Shown one piece after another: positions 23,340-34,849 of a stretch of DNA of 64,000 bases (positions are counted from its first letter, which is position 1; each line of letters starts with the position of its first letter). This DNA comes from Chloroflexota bacterium (GTDB lineage Bacteria; Chloroflexota; UBA11872; VXNJ01), in assembly GCA_965261345.1 (NCBI GenBank), contig OZ253449.1, positions 2,304,001-2,368,000 of the forward strand. The letters run 5' to 3'. The notes beneath the pieces are model-generated. The model did no database searches, was not told the origin of the DNA, and saw nothing but the letters and a program-made list of their open reading frames with translations. A program made the translations under genes and the position numbers.

Positions 23340-25300
23340 CGGTGCTGCTTTGGTCCGATGCTGCCGGGGTGATCATCCAATAGCACTTGCAGGTTCAATG
23401 TTCCGCTGGCGTCGGGATGATCCCGCAGGTAGGTAAGCACGTTAGGCCAGACGTGTTCTAAGGGATCGGGGCAGGTCGCCACAACCAACGGCGCTTTGGT
23501 TTCAGCCGTGGCGTGGGATCGGCATCGCCTTTGCGCCAGAGATGGGTGAGTTTGGCAAGGAATCGCACAAGGTCGTCCCTTTAGGCCTAGTTGCGTTTTT
23601 CGGAGGACGCCAGGGTGGACTGGACATGGCGGATTTGGTGCAGGGGGAAAGCGGGTCCAGGTTGTGTCCCAATAGCTATGCAAAAAGCAGGCCCGTAAAA
23701 AGAAGCGGGCCACGGCGTCTCCTTAAATTCTTGAGTTAGCACAACTCGGAGCCTTAAGGGAGGCAACCAGTGACCCGATTGAAGAATAACCACAACGCTA
23801 TTGACTGGCGCCAAGAGCTCAAAAGTGATCCCGAGCTCTTCCGCGGCATCATCCACCAGACCGTCCAGGAGATCGGAGGAAGCCGAGATGGACGAGGCGT
23901 TGGGAGCCGGTAAGAGTGAGCGTACCGCTGGCCGTCGCGGCTACCGGAGCGGCTACTACGGCCGCGGACTTATCACCCGGGTGGGCAAGATCAGACTCAG
24001 GGTGCTGACAGGACCGCCAGGGACGCTTTAGCACCGAGATCTTTAAAGCGCTACCAGCGCAGTGAAAAAGCCTTGGTGAGCGCCCTGGCTAAAGATGTAC
24101 GTCCAGGGGGTTTCGACCAGGAAAGTGAAAGGCCATTACCGAAGAGCTGTGTGGTCACGCATTCTGAAGCCTCCAACATCTCCCGGATTAACAAGCAGCT
24201 AGATGCCGCTCTGGAAATTGCCCGAGCGCCCACTGGAGGCCAACTATCCCTACCTGATCCTTGATGCCCGCTACGAAAAGGTACGCGAGGAGGGAGTCAT
24301 CCGGTCCCAGGCGGTCCAGATCGCCATCGGCATCAACTGGGAGGGCAGACGCTCGGTACTGGCAGTCGAGCTGGTAAACCGTGAGAGTAAGAGCAGCTGG
24401 CGCGACTTTCTGTCCCGGATGCGCGATCGCGGCCTCAGCGCCGTGCAGTTTGTCGTTACCGATAACCACGCCGGACTAAAGCAGGCGATCGCCGAGTACT
24501 TACCCGAAGCCATCTGGCAACGCTGCTATGTCCACTTCCTGCGCAATGCGCGCGACTACCTGCCGCGAAGGGCCGATGACGACTGTCTCCAAGAACTTCG
24601 CTGGCTCTACGATCGGCGCGATCTCTCCGAGGCCCGTCGGGACCTCTTAGCCTGGCTGGGCAAATGGCAGGGCCGCTATCCCAGGCTCTGCGACTGGGTA
24701 GAGAGCGGCATTGAGGAGACTTTCAGCTTTTACCGTCTGCCGCGGCAGCACTACAAGCACCTTAAATCCACCAACATGCTGGAGCGGTTAAACGAGGAGA
24801 TAAAGCGCCGGACGCACGTGGTGCGGATCTTTCTTGGGTCGTGCGAGTTGCCTGCGCTTGGTCAGGGCGCTTGCGGTCGAACAGCACGAGAACTGGATTG
24901 AGGCCAGCCGCTACCTGAACATGGCATTCCTGAAAGAGCAACGCAGAGAACTGGAGTTGATCGTTACCGCCTAAATTTCAGCGAACAATCAAGCTAAATT
25001 CGATAAGGTGACGCCAAAGCTAATTGCAGAACTTTCGGCACATAACTCGGGTCCAGTTTGGAGCGGGCCTCGCGCAATCATTCCTTTACTGGCAACGGGA
25101 GGCCAGGATCATCCAGCAGCCGCTGGCAGGGAGTTTGGGGGCGGTCGTAGTGCTCAAGCGTCTTGACCCCCTAGCGCTTTGGCGAGCAGTTTGAAGGACG
25201 GTTGGAAGAAGTTGGTGTAGAGACCTACCAGGGCAAACAACGTGGTCCGAGTTTTCCCGGCGATGTAACCGGCAAAGCGTTCATCGCCAACAAATCGTAG
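23340..25300 (-). pseudogene. Remnant of a DDE integrase-type transposase, interrupted by the IS256 at 23661-25048
   Basis: Minus strand of 25100-25230 reads LYTNFFQPSFKLL...YDRPQTPCQRLL. Across the IS it continues with LHQIRHVQSTLA and DPLEHVWPNVL. Confidence 0.6.
23661..25048 (+). mobile_element. Second IS256-family element with multiply frameshifted transposase
   Basis: 8-bp DR GGGTCCAG at 23653-23660 and 25049-25056. IRs GTTGTGTCC...TGCAA / TTGCAGAACTTTCGGCACATAACTC. Motifs LILDARYEK, QRCYVHF and STNMLERLN. Confidence 0.88.
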
Positions 25301-26414
25301 GATCGGCCGGCCCGACGGCCGGTTACCCGGCACGCTGTACGACTGGTGATCGTTGTAATCCAGCCGGTATACGATGGGCGTTATCCGAGCTTCAAACCTG
25401 ATTGTGCCCGTATTCGCGGTTGATTCAGATTACCTCTTGGCTTGCCGGAGCGGGGCTTGGCCAAATCGTTCTCCAGCGGTAGGAACGGGCCTGTTGTTCA
25501 AAGGTGTAATCCCCGTCGGGGATGACCGCTTTGCTATCGCAATATCTGCAAAAACAAGGCAATGTTCGGCGCGAATTCGGCTGGATACCATCATGCGAAC
25601 ATCGACGTCGATAGGGTCGGGGTCCCGTCCAAGGCGGAAAAAGGAACGCTCGACCCTGCCGGGCAAACGCTTCCCGGTTAAATTTGCCAATTGCCGCCGA
25701 AAGTAATGCAAGAAGAGGTGGTAAATGAAAGTGCTCGATTTCATCCGGGCCAGGGTTGGCAGAGGACGTGACGGTGCAGAAACTAAGCATTTTTCTTGGG
25801 TGGAGGGTCGCGGCGATGCTCTTGCTAGCCGCTTCCTACGGCGTGACCGTATATGCAGATCTCGATGATGGAGTCCGCGCACCGCTGGCTGCAGTTGTAG
25901 CAGCAGCCGCGGTAATAGCAGCCAACGAGCGCAGCGAGCATTCCAAAGTAACCGAATTGGGTTTGCATCGATTGCATCGATTGCATCCCTTGGCGCAGGG
26001 TGGTTCTGGCTATGCGATGCGACCGGTGGAAATCCGGACAGATTGGGCGTCGCAGTTGCCATTGCAATTGCCGTGGTCGTAATTGGCGCGTCGATCCGAA
26101 TATTTTCCACTTGGCCAAACCGGGACGTCTCCTTAGCAAAATGCGAACATTTCGGTTTGGCGTTCGCGACTAATCCATCGGTTACGCCATATTTAGCGTT
26201 TCCCGGCCAATGGGTCGTGCCTGGCCTTTCGGTGAATTGGAATCGAACGCGATCGGTGGCGCCTTAGGAGTGATTTGCGGGCGGGCGGCCCCAATAGCGG
26301 GTTAATTTTGGTCGCAATGGGTGGATTGGCTCAAGCTTCTCTCCAGTCCGAGCGGCTGGCAAGTTTTTTATAAGGGTCCTGCCGATGAATCACCCGATAC
26401 GGGTTGCAAAATGA

Positions 26415-26442
26415 AGTGGACATAACCGCGAATTTGCTCAAT
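26415..26442. other. Degenerate dif-like site (one good arm)
   Basis: AGTGGACATAA-CCGCGA-ATTTGCTCAAT; the left arm reads TTATGTCCACT on the minus strand, and the other arm is poor. Confidence 0.3.
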
Positions 26443-26660
26443 GCTCACCATCGATCAGCAGCCCGCCGGTCAGGCTTGCCGCAAGCGTGCATACGACGTC
26501 ACACCGCTTTCCCGCATTTCGGCATACATCAGCTAACGGTTCCCTAAATCGGATCCTTACACTCTGAACGGCGCTCTCTACATCGGTGCCGGAATCGGCC
26601 CTTTTCTCAGCGCTGACGCCATCCGAAATGGACCTGGCCATCGGTTGTCGCGGAATCGTT

Positions 26661-28133
26661 CTACGGCTGTGCGAATTGGGCCGCTTCAGCGCCAGCGATA
26701 CGCCCGAAGACCGCGCCCGCCATCATTCCTCCGCCGGATGGATAGTTCCAAGCCCAGAGGCCACCGACCATCTCGCCAGCGGCGTAGAGGCCGGGGATGG
26801 CCCGGCCCAAGTTGTGCACCACCTCGCCCTGAGCTGCGATTTGGAGGCCGCCGTAGCAGAAGGTCATGCCGCAAGTGACTGCAAAGCCCTCGAATGGGGC
26901 CAGGTCAAGCGGGAGTGCCCAGTTGCGGCGTGGCGGAGTGATGCCTACCGCCTCCTTGCCGTCGGGACGAAATGCATTGAACTCTCCGCGCTGTACGGCG
27001 CCGTTGTACTCCTTCACCGTTGCTACGAACGCGGTCACCTCCCGAATGCCGAGCTGTTGTCCTAGCCCTTCCAGCGTGTTGGACGCAACCCGCGTGGCCA
27101 TTTCGTATCGCTGGAGGAGGCCAAGGTTACGGTGCTTGGCGTCGAATATCTGAAAGGCCTTGGCCTCCGGTTGGGCCAGAATCGCGCGCCCGGTCTTGGC
27201 GTAGGTAAGCCCCCGCCAGGTCTCGCCCTCATCTACGAACCGGCGGCCATCCAGATTCACCATGACCGAGTAGGGGTAGGCGTATCGACTCCAGAAGTCG
27301 CCGGCGACGCCTGGGCCGGGAAGGTCGCAGTGCGGGCGGTTCAAGTCCTGCGGCGAGGCGTGGCAGGTGGACCAGGAGCCGTATGGCAGGGCGCCGATGT
27401 CCATTGCCATGGTCAGGCCATCACCGGTGTTATATGGAACGCCGCGCAGTTTTACTGTTTCCCATTCAGGACCCAGGTAGCGGGAACGCATCTCGGGACT
27501 GGATTCGAAGCTGCCACAGGCCAGCACCACCGCCTTGGCCTGGTAGGTACGGAGGCCGTCGGGCGTCAGAACCCGGACTCCGGTAACGTGTCCCTGGTCG
27601 TTCTGGATGAGCTCAGTGGCTTGGGAATCGTAATGGATCTGGATCCCCAATCGCTCACCCGCGGCGAACCACCGCTCGAGCAGGTTGTAACCCCCACCGG
27701 CAAAGGAGACCACGTTAGCGGCGAGCGGATTGCGATAACTGGGCTCCCACTCATGGCCGTGGCTTCGCATCCACTGGACGGTGGGGAAGGCTCGATTTAC
27801 GAGGGTCTCTGCCAAGGCCCTGTCGCTTTGCCCTTCCGTCACCATCATGATGTCGTCCCAATACTCTTGCCGGCTGTAGCTGGTAACCCGGCTGGCCATT
27901 TTTCGGAGCTCGTCTCCCGAAACGTCTGGCAGTAGAGGAACGAGGTCTTCCATCCCGCCGAAAGGGAACCGCATCTGGATCGTCAGGGCACTGTTGCCGC
28001 CGCGGTGGGCCCTGGGCGCCTTCTCCAGTACGACTACGTCGGCGCCGCGCTCTCGAGCCGCTACCGCCGCCGCCATGGCGGCATTACCTGCACCGACTAC
28101 AACTACCTGCGTGCGAATCTCGCGGTCAGCCAT
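26661..28133 (-). CDS. FAD-dependent tricarballylate dehydrogenase TcuA/CobZ-like flavoprotein
   Basis: VVVGAGNAA, GGNS, RFVDEG, TFCYGGL and YAAGEMVGG...NYPSGGG. Confidence 0.88.
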   Translation of the reverse strand: MADREIRTQVVVVGAGNAAMAAAVAARERGADVVVLEKAPRAHRGGNSALTIQMRFPFGGMEDLVPLLPDVSGDELRKMASRVTSYSRQEYWDDIMMVTEGQSDRALAETLVNRAFPTVQWMRSHGHEWEPSYRNPLAANVVSFAGGGYNLLERWFAAGERLGIQIHYDSQATELIQNDQGHVTGVRVLTPDGLRTYQAKAVVLACGSFESSPEMRSRYLGPEWETVKLRGVPYNTGDGLTMAMDIGALPYGSWSTCHASPQDLNRPHCDLPGPGVAGDFWSRYAYPYSVMVNLDGRRFVDEGETWRGLTYAKTGRAILAQPEAKAFQIFDAKHRNLGLLQRYEMATRVASNTLEGLGQQLGIREVTAFVATVKEYNGAVQRGEFNAFRPDGKEAVGITPPRRNWALPLDLAPFEGFAVTCGMTFCYGGLQIAAQGEVVHNLGRAIPGLYAAGEMVGGLWAWNYPSGGGMMAGAVFGRIAGAEAAQFAQP

Positions 28134-28569
28134 CGGCCGCTCCAACAGGGAATCGGGATGTTCGACCACCAGGTCGCATCACCAGCCCGACCGACGGCAA
28201 TTTGGGGGCGGCGTCGCAAATCAAATAAATCAGGGAACGAGCGCAATCGTTTTCGGATTTTGGGGCATCTGGCGAATATCGGCGGGAGGTGGAGTTGAGT
28301 AGCTCTTTTTTCGCTGACAACATACTGGAATTAGACAAACTGCGCGGCTTGCAAAAGTGGTTTTCCTGGTGGCGCGTCACTTCGACTCTCCTAGTACCGC
28401 CACCTCTGGCGACACTAGGGCTATTGTGGCTCTCGGGCCGCCATATTTCCCTGTAGGCGCTTCGCCTAGCTTGGAGCCCAACGGTAACATCTCAATCCAG
28501 ATCCCGGAGCCCTCACGCCCCCGGCAGGCCCGGAACGGAACCGTTCAATCGGCCAAGGAGCGGCTAACT

Positions 28570-30252
28570 ATGTCCAAACCCAACAGCATCACCGGCAGTC
28601 ACCTCATTGCCCGTGCCCTAAAGCAGGAGGGCGTAAAGAACGTCTTCACGCTGGCGGGAGACCACATCCTTCCCGTTATAGATGTCATGGAGGATGAAGA
28701 CTTCCGCTTCATCGATACGCGCCACGAGCAAGCCGCCGTTCATATGGCGGATGCCTGGGCACGGATGACCGGTCAGATTGGGGTGAGTATGGTCACTACC
28801 CCCGGTCACGCCAACGCGCTCCCAGGGCTGGTCCACGCAATGGCCACAGAGGCACCCGTCCTGCACATCAGCGGCTCGGACAAGCTGTCCGATTACGACC
28901 GGGGCATGATGCAGGAGATTGACCAAGTAGGCATGGCCAAGGCAACAACCAAGGCGGCATGGTTGGTACGTGACGCTCACCGTCTACCCGAATACATCTC
29001 CATGGCCATCAGAACGGCCTTCTCCGGGCGACGGGGGCCAGTGCACCTCACCATCCCAATTGACGTGCAGGAGACTGTGGTTGACGACCAAGCGGTTCGC
29101 TATCCCGGCTCAAACGAGTCGCGTCCCACCGGCCCGTCAGTGGCCAGCGCAAAACAGGTAGAAGCGGCGGTGCGCTTGCTACACCAAGCGGAGCGACCGC
29201 TGGTGGTGGCCGCCAACCCCGCCGGCTATGAGGATTCCAACAGCGAGGTGTTGCAACGGTTCCTGGAGGTGACTCGCCTTCCGCTAATGACGGAAGGTAC
29301 AGCCCGGGGGATCGTTCCTGACAATCACCCATATTGCTTTGGGATCTTCGACCTGGGCCTAAATCAGGCTGCGCCCCTGCTGCGGGAAGCGGATGTGGTG
29401 CTATTTCTAGGGAAGAAGCTGGACTATTCGATTGGCTATGCCCAACCTCCGGTGGTGGCAGCCGACGCGAGCACCATCCAGGTGGATCCTTCGCCCGCCG
29501 AAATCGGACGCAACCGCGGAGTGACCATCGGTATCGCCGGCGACATTGCCGGAGTCGTGGAACAGTTTTCCCAGGAAGCGTCCTCATTCCCCTGGAGCGA
29601 CGGGCCATGGATCCAGCGCCTGCGGGCAAAACGTGAGAAGCAGGCCGATTGGGTGGCCTCCAAGGCGGTACCGGAATCACCGCTGCATCCGCTTTTCGTG
29701 CATCAGACTCTGGGCGAACTCCTGGGGCCTGACGATGTGGTGGTCTTCGATGGTGGCGACTACTGCCACTTTGGGAAGCTCTATTTTCCGGCCCGTCCCA
29801 GAAGCTGGTGGTCGCTGCCTGACCTGGGGATGCTTGGATCGGCCGTGCCCACGGCCATCACCGCCAAGCTGGCGCGACCCAACGCCCGAGTTGCCTTGGT
29901 GTCCGGCGACGGCAGCTTTGGATTCAACGGCATGGAGTTCGATACGGCCGTTCGCCACGGCCTAGATATCGTGGCTGTCTTAGGAAACGATTCAGCATGG
30001 GGAATAGACCGGCAGATCCAGCTTGCCGCATACGGGAGGGCTGTGGCCACCGACCTGCTCCCATCGCGCTACGACCAGGTGGTGCAGGGGCTAGGCGGTC
30101 ACGGCGAATTCGTACAGCGTCCCGAAGAGCTTCGCCCTGCCCTGGAGCGTTCTTTCGCCGCGCGAAAACCGGCCCTCGTCAACGTGCTAACCCAACGCGT
30201 GTCCAGTCCAAGGGGAGAACGGGCAATCGCCCGACGCAAAGCTGGCGGCTGA
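28570..30252 (+). CDS. Thiamine-diphosphate-dependent enzyme (acetolactate synthase / IlvB-like)
   Basis: DTRHEQAA, GPVHL and GDGSFG...NDSAWG ThDP motif. Confidence 0.92.
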   Translation: MSKPNSITGSHLIARALKQEGVKNVFTLAGDHILPVIDVMEDEDFRFIDTRHEQAAVHMADAWARMTGQIGVSMVTTPGHANALPGLVHAMATEAPVLHISGSDKLSDYDRGMMQEIDQVGMAKATTKAAWLVRDAHRLPEYISMAIRTAFSGRRGPVHLTIPIDVQETVVDDQAVRYPGSNESRPTGPSVASAKQVEAAVRLLHQAERPLVVAANPAGYEDSNSEVLQRFLEVTRLPLMTEGTARGIVPDNHPYCFGIFDLGLNQAAPLLREADVVLFLGKKLDYSIGYAQPPVVAADASTIQVDPSPAEIGRNRGVTIGIAGDIAGVVEQFSQEASSFPWSDGPWIQRLRAKREKQADWVASKAVPESPLHPLFVHQTLGELLGPDDVVVFDGGDYCHFGKLYFPARPRSWWSLPDLGMLGSAVPTAITAKLARPNARVALVSGDGSFGFNGMEFDTAVRHGLDIVAVLGNDSAWGIDRQIQLAAYGRAVATDLLPSRYDQVVQGLGGHGEFVQRPEELRPALERSFAARKPALVNVLTQRVSSPRGERAIARRKAGG

Positions 30253-31056
30253 GTTCTATTGGGGAAAGCATTGTCAACGGCACGTAGTCGAATGAGCCAA
30301 TGTGAACAGCGAATCCCGATTCTGCCGGGATTACGAGCGCATTGTTGCGACTCAAGTGTTGCGACTGACATTCACTGAAGGCGCCGCGTTGGTCGCGCCA
30401 TTCTCAAACCTTGCTCGAAAGGGTGCCGTCAGACCATTGGACAAAGGGCCGGCCAGCGGCCCGCGATGAACGGCGCGTGCGTCTCGGAAATCGAGCACTG
30501 CGCGCCGCAGCACCGGCTCGCCCAGACCGTGGCAGCCGGCACCACTTGAGCTCATGATTGGAATCCGGGCGGTCGGCCACAAAGACTTTGCCGCAAGGCG
30601 AGGAGGGTGCCGCCGGCGAGCGTTCCGAAGCATTTGGTCGGCGTTCCCGCAACGATCAACGGATCCTGGTGGCGCGGCGTCGTAGGACGACCCGAGCCCG
30701 TGTATCATGCCAGGCGGAACCCGGGATGCCCTCGGAAGTTGAACTAATGCCAATTGCACGATCGCTTTCTGGCCCAGAAATGCGGCACCGGCAAAACCAC
30801 CCTCGCTACCGCCCTCTAACCGAGATTTAAGGACGTTGACGTCCCGGTAGATCTGGTCGATCTCATTGCTCCATGTGAGCGCTTCGCCGCGGGGCACAAG
30901 GTTTGGCCGTCCCCATACGTGGGCGCTGCCAGCAGCGCTATTACGGATATGCCGGTATTGATACTGCGCCGCAATCCGAAGCGACCGCTCTGGCCGCGGC
31001 CCGTTCTGTCGACCTGGATCTGGCCTGCGCCGCATTGGGGCGAGACGATCCGAACC

Positions 31057-31674
31057 CTATTTGCTGGAACGGCTTCCATTGTTTGTCTTCGATCTGACCA
31101 CCGAATCTACTTCGCAATACGCAGCGGGCGAGGCGAGCAACTTCAACCGGGACAATGCGACCGTCTTCTGGAACCCGAAGTGTTTGTATAACTCCCTGGT
31201 CGACAGCACGTAGAACTCCCATTGCGCCAAGTCCATTGGATCGACGGTAGCTTTGTCCTTGTGCGCCATGATCGCAAATACGTAGACGTCCGCTTGCCGC
31301 CGGGACTCGGTTTCAAAGTCGCCGCTCTCCGGATCCCAAGCCAAGGTTTCGGGAATCCGAAATGAAATTGATGAGAGCCGATCTTGAGCCCAGCTTTGGA
31401 CATAACTAGCGGACTTGACCTCGAGCCTGATCCCGGCCGGCGTTGTGATGTCGAACGTCGCCCATGGATCGCGGATTCCAGCGCCCGATCCACCCACGGC
31501 TCGGTCCACGATGTACTCGGCTAGGACACCCCTAATAGTGTTGTTTACAAGGTCGGACGCCGACCACCGCCAGAAGTCCAGGAGGTCGAACCTCGAGGCG
31601 GAGCTGCCGGCATGAAATTCTTCGGAACCAGTCTTCCTTAATACTTCCAGTTTCGGGAACTTGCTTTCCGGCAT
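31057..31674 (-). CDS. Putative PD-(D/E)xK nuclease-like protein
   Basis: RGVLAEYIV...FDIT...RLEVKSASY resembles restriction-endonuclease core motifs. Confidence 0.6.
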   Translation of the reverse strand: MPESKFPKLEVLRKTGSEEFHAGSSASRFDLLDFWRWSASDLVNNTIRGVLAEYIVDRAVGGSGAGIRDPWATFDITTPAGIRLEVKSASYVQSWAQDRLSSISFRIPETLAWDPESGDFETESRRQADVYVFAIMAHKDKATVDPMDLAQWEFYVLSTRELYKHFGFQKTVALSRLKLLASPAAYCEVDSVVRSKTNNGSRSSK

Positions 31675-32119
31675 CGATTTCTCACCAATTCAGCGCGCGC
31701 GGACAAGATTGCGGCACGGAACTACTGCCATCCCAGGGCCGGGTACACCCCTCGCCGGGAATGTCGTGGTCCGTTTGCGTTCGGAGGCCGCGAGTCCATG
31801 TTCTCGTAAGGCTCGACTGACCATGGTCGCTAACTTAAGGGTCCCGGTTGAGATTGATGACGGTGGCTCAGCAGCAAGACGAGCGATCGGACCGCGCTCA
31901 CGGCCGGTAGCACGGTAGATTGCCGTTCGGCCTCAATTGCAATCTGAGATCGGGCGGAAAGGTCGATTGCCTTGGTGCCAAAAAGCCCGGAATTCGGCCA
32001 TGGCCTTGTCTACGGCCATCGACATCGCTCACTGGAGAATTGCGAGCGCGGACTGCAATCAAGATTGCGGGATGTGCCCGCGAACGGCTTGAAGGAAGAA
32101 GGAGCGACGGAGGGAAGAA

Positions 32120-33022
32120 ATGAGGCCCGTGCTGATTGACTGCGACCCCGGCACCGACGACGCGCTTGCGATCTGTATGGCCCTAAACTCTCGCGCCCTC
32201 GATGTAGTTGGATTTACGACCGTGGGCGGAAATGCCGCAATCGACGATACAACTAGCAACGCGCTGTCATTGCTCGAGACCCTGGGCCGGGCCGAATTGC
32301 CGGTATGGAGAGGCGCCGACCGACCGCTGGTTGGGGAGTTCACTTTCGCCTACGAGTTCCACGGCAAAGGGGGTATGGGTATCCAACTGGAGCCGCCCGC
32401 AACCCGCGTGCGTACTGAACCTGCCGTCGACGCGATCATCGCCGCGGTAAGGGCGCGTCCAGGCAAGCTGACACTGATCGCCCTGGGCCCTCTGACCAAC
32501 ATCGCGTTGGCCCTCCGCCGCCGGCCCGCACTAGCGTCCGAGGTCGCAGAAATCATCGTGATGGGCGGGGCGCTGCAAGTGTCGGGAAACATCACCGAGC
32601 ATGCTGAATTCAACATCTACAACGATCCGACGGCTGCAGCCGTCGTATTCGGCAGTGGGGCGCCGGTCAAACTGTTGGGCCTCGACGTGACCTCCAAAGT
32701 GGCCATTCCCCGATCTGAAGACCTGTGGATACAAGATGGATCAAAGACGGCGGTGCTGGCCAGGCGAATCCTTCAATCGTGGTTTGAGAGTCACTCCGGC
32801 GCCGACCAGTACAGCCTGCACGACCCGTTAACTGTCGCCGCGGCAATTGACCCGACTTTGCTCGCTTATCGGCCGAGCACAGTCGCTGTGGATACTCGGC
32901 ACGGCACCACCCGAGGAAAGACCACGCCTTCTTATGGACACGGCCCCGTCCACGCCGCCCTTGGCGTCGATTCCGACCACGCGCGATTGCAGATCGAAGG
33001 CCTCATCCGCCATCAAGAATGA
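32120..33022 (+). CDS. Inosine/uridine-preferring nucleoside hydrolase
   Basis: DCDPGTDD, GPLTN, AEFNIYNDP and LHDP. Confidence 0.93.
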   Translation: MRPVLIDCDPGTDDALAICMALNSRALDVVGFTTVGGNAAIDDTTSNALSLLETLGRAELPVWRGADRPLVGEFTFAYEFHGKGGMGIQLEPPATRVRTEPAVDAIIAAVRARPGKLTLIALGPLTNIALALRRRPALASEVAEIIVMGGALQVSGNITEHAEFNIYNDPTAAAVVFGSGAPVKLLGLDVTSKVAIPRSEDLWIQDGSKTAVLARRILQSWFESHSGADQYSLHDPLTVAAAIDPTLLAYRPSTVAVDTRHGTTRGKTTPSYGHGPVHAALGVDSDHARLQIEGLIRHQE

Positions 33023-33039
33023 CGGCCGGTGACGCGGGC

Positions 33040-33297
33040 TGGAAGGCCTCCGGTCGACGCACCCGATTGCCGGTGGTGGTCCGCGCTGCCAGCTGGCAGC
33101 GCACTGGCCTTAGCGCCGAGCACCCGTATCCGGCCAGGGATGGCGGTGAACCGTTGCAGATTGGCGATCGGATTGAACTGATTCCGCACCACCCCGGCAG
33201 CACCGTCCCTTTGAATCGGACTATCTACGCCTGCCGCGACGGCCAGGTGGTCGAAGAATGGCCGATCGCATACCTGCCGGTGCGCTCCAGTAATTAA
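33040..33297 (+). pseudogene. C-terminal fragment of a DSD1/D-threonine-aldolase-like PLP enzyme
   Basis: LSAEH...IGDRIELIPHH...RDGQVVEEWPI. Confidence 0.65.
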
Positions 33298-33465
33298 CGC
33301 CGGATTGGGCCAGGAAAGAATCGCCCTTACAGGTGCGTCATCAACGCAATCAGGTGCGGCAAGATCGCCACAATCCGCACCGGGACATACTTGGCGGTTC
33401 CGGCCTCCGACAGCGTGCGACGGCGCCAATCCCAGGGCCGATTGATTACTTGAAACCGCAATCCC

Positions 33466-33885
33466 ATGGCTGAAAACAAAACCCACAAGACCGGAGCCAA
33501 TGTTGAAGAGTTTCTGGCCGCGGTCGAGAACCGGCGGCGGCGCGAGGACGCATTCGCTCTCTTGGCGATGATGCGGGACATAACCGGGTTGGAACCGGAA
33601 ATGTGGGGACCGAGCATCATCGGATTCGGCGATCGCCACTACCGGTACGAATCGGGTCGCGAGGGCGATATATTCCTGACTGGTTTTTCGCCGCGCAAGC
33701 AAAACATGACCCTTTACATCATGGACGGACTCGAAGGCCAGGAAACCCTCCTGGGCCGGCTTGGAAAGCACCGCACGAGCGTAGCTTGTCTTTACATAAA
33801 TAAATTGGCAGATGTTGACACCGATGTGCTGCGGCAATTGGCAAAGGTGTCGTTCGAACGCGCCAAGTCGACCGGGCAACCTTAG
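33466..33885 (+). CDS. DUF1801 domain protein
   Basis: MWGPSIIGFG.RHYRYESGREGD, GFSPRK and CLYINKL. Confidence 0.9.
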   Translation: MAENKTHKTGANVEEFLAAVENRRRREDAFALLAMMRDITGLEPEMWGPSIIGFGDRHYRYESGREGDIFLTGFSPRKQNMTLYIMDGLEGQETLLGRLGKHRTSVACLYINKLADVDTDVLRQLAKVSFERAKSTGQP

Positions 33886-33966
33886 CCGCCCGCCCGCCCG
33901 CACTACCCCCTTTACAGCGGTCGATCCAAGCCCCGATCGATGAACCGACGCCGATCTGGGCCCGAA

Positions 33967-34740
33967 TTATTGCGCCGTGTAGCCGCTGTCCATCATCAGC
34001 GGTGCGCCGGTGGCGAGGAAAGATACATTCGAAGCCAGAAATGGAACCGCGCAGGCGATTTCCTCGCGTTTTCCAAGCCTGCCGATCGGGCACATTTTGT
34101 AAGGGTCGCGTACCCTTCCAAGTCGCTGGTGACTTCGACCGTTCGGTTCGATTCGACATAACCTAGGCAGATGCAAGAAACCCGAATGTTTTGCTGGCAT
34201 AGGCAAAGGCCAGATTGCTGGTGAACCACAGGGCCGCGCCCTTGGACGATAGATAGGGATCGAATCCGCCCAACAGGCTCGGAATATCCGCCCGTCGCCC
34301 ACCGCGGCGATGATCGAGGCCAGGTTGATGATCGAGTCGCAGCCCATGCGCTGCATAAGCGGAACGGCGCGCCAGCTATCCAGGCAAGTGCGCTTTGAAT
34401 TGATTTCCAACACCGGGTCGCAGATCTCCTCCGGATTGGCTTCGGGCCCGGCTGCGTTGCGGGAGACACTCAGGCGTTGCCGACCAACTTCGAATTTTCC
34501 GTAGGCGTCCAGTACGGCGTCGATTATGGCCTTGGCGTCGCTGTTGCGGCATACGTCCCCGATTGCAGCTGCCGCCCCGCCCCGGTGAGTAAAACCTGGG
34601 CCACAGTCTCCCGGGTTTCATCCGCGCTTAGTTCCGCGACGCCGACGCGGGCGTTATCGAGGGCAAAAAGCAGCGAGGTTGCGCGGCCGATTCATGATCC
34701 GGCGCGGGTCACTACGGCGACCTAGTTCTTGAGCCTCATG
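33967..34740 (-). pseudogene. Degraded SDR oxidoreductase
   Basis: SIINLASI, NIRVSCICLGYVES and PIGRLG...FLAS...TGAPLMMDSGYTAQ in shifted frames. Confidence 0.75.
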
Positions 34741-34849
34741 CATCCTCCCGCAGGCAGGCACCTTCGCCGCTGCGAATCATGGCAGCGCGCGGGCCCAAAT
34801 CCCACCACTCGGGCGGCGGCGGTCAATTTGTGGAGATAGGCGCCTGTTG

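Noticed and set aside
25963-25987. Short tandem repeat (TTGCATCGA) x2.7 within hydrophobic ORF fragments
   Set aside because: It looks like slippage in a decayed membrane-protein gene, and no family could be assigned.
28376-28420. TTCGACTC...CCGCCACC resembling a tRNA or tmRNA 3' end
   Set aside because: The T-stem does not pair; only a modest hairpin upstream of the ThDP enzyme gene.
34151-34178. ATTCGACATAA, a 10/11 match to the dif-like arm
   Set aside because: It lies in the SDR pseudogene where it encodes GYVE on the minus strand, and there is no second arm.
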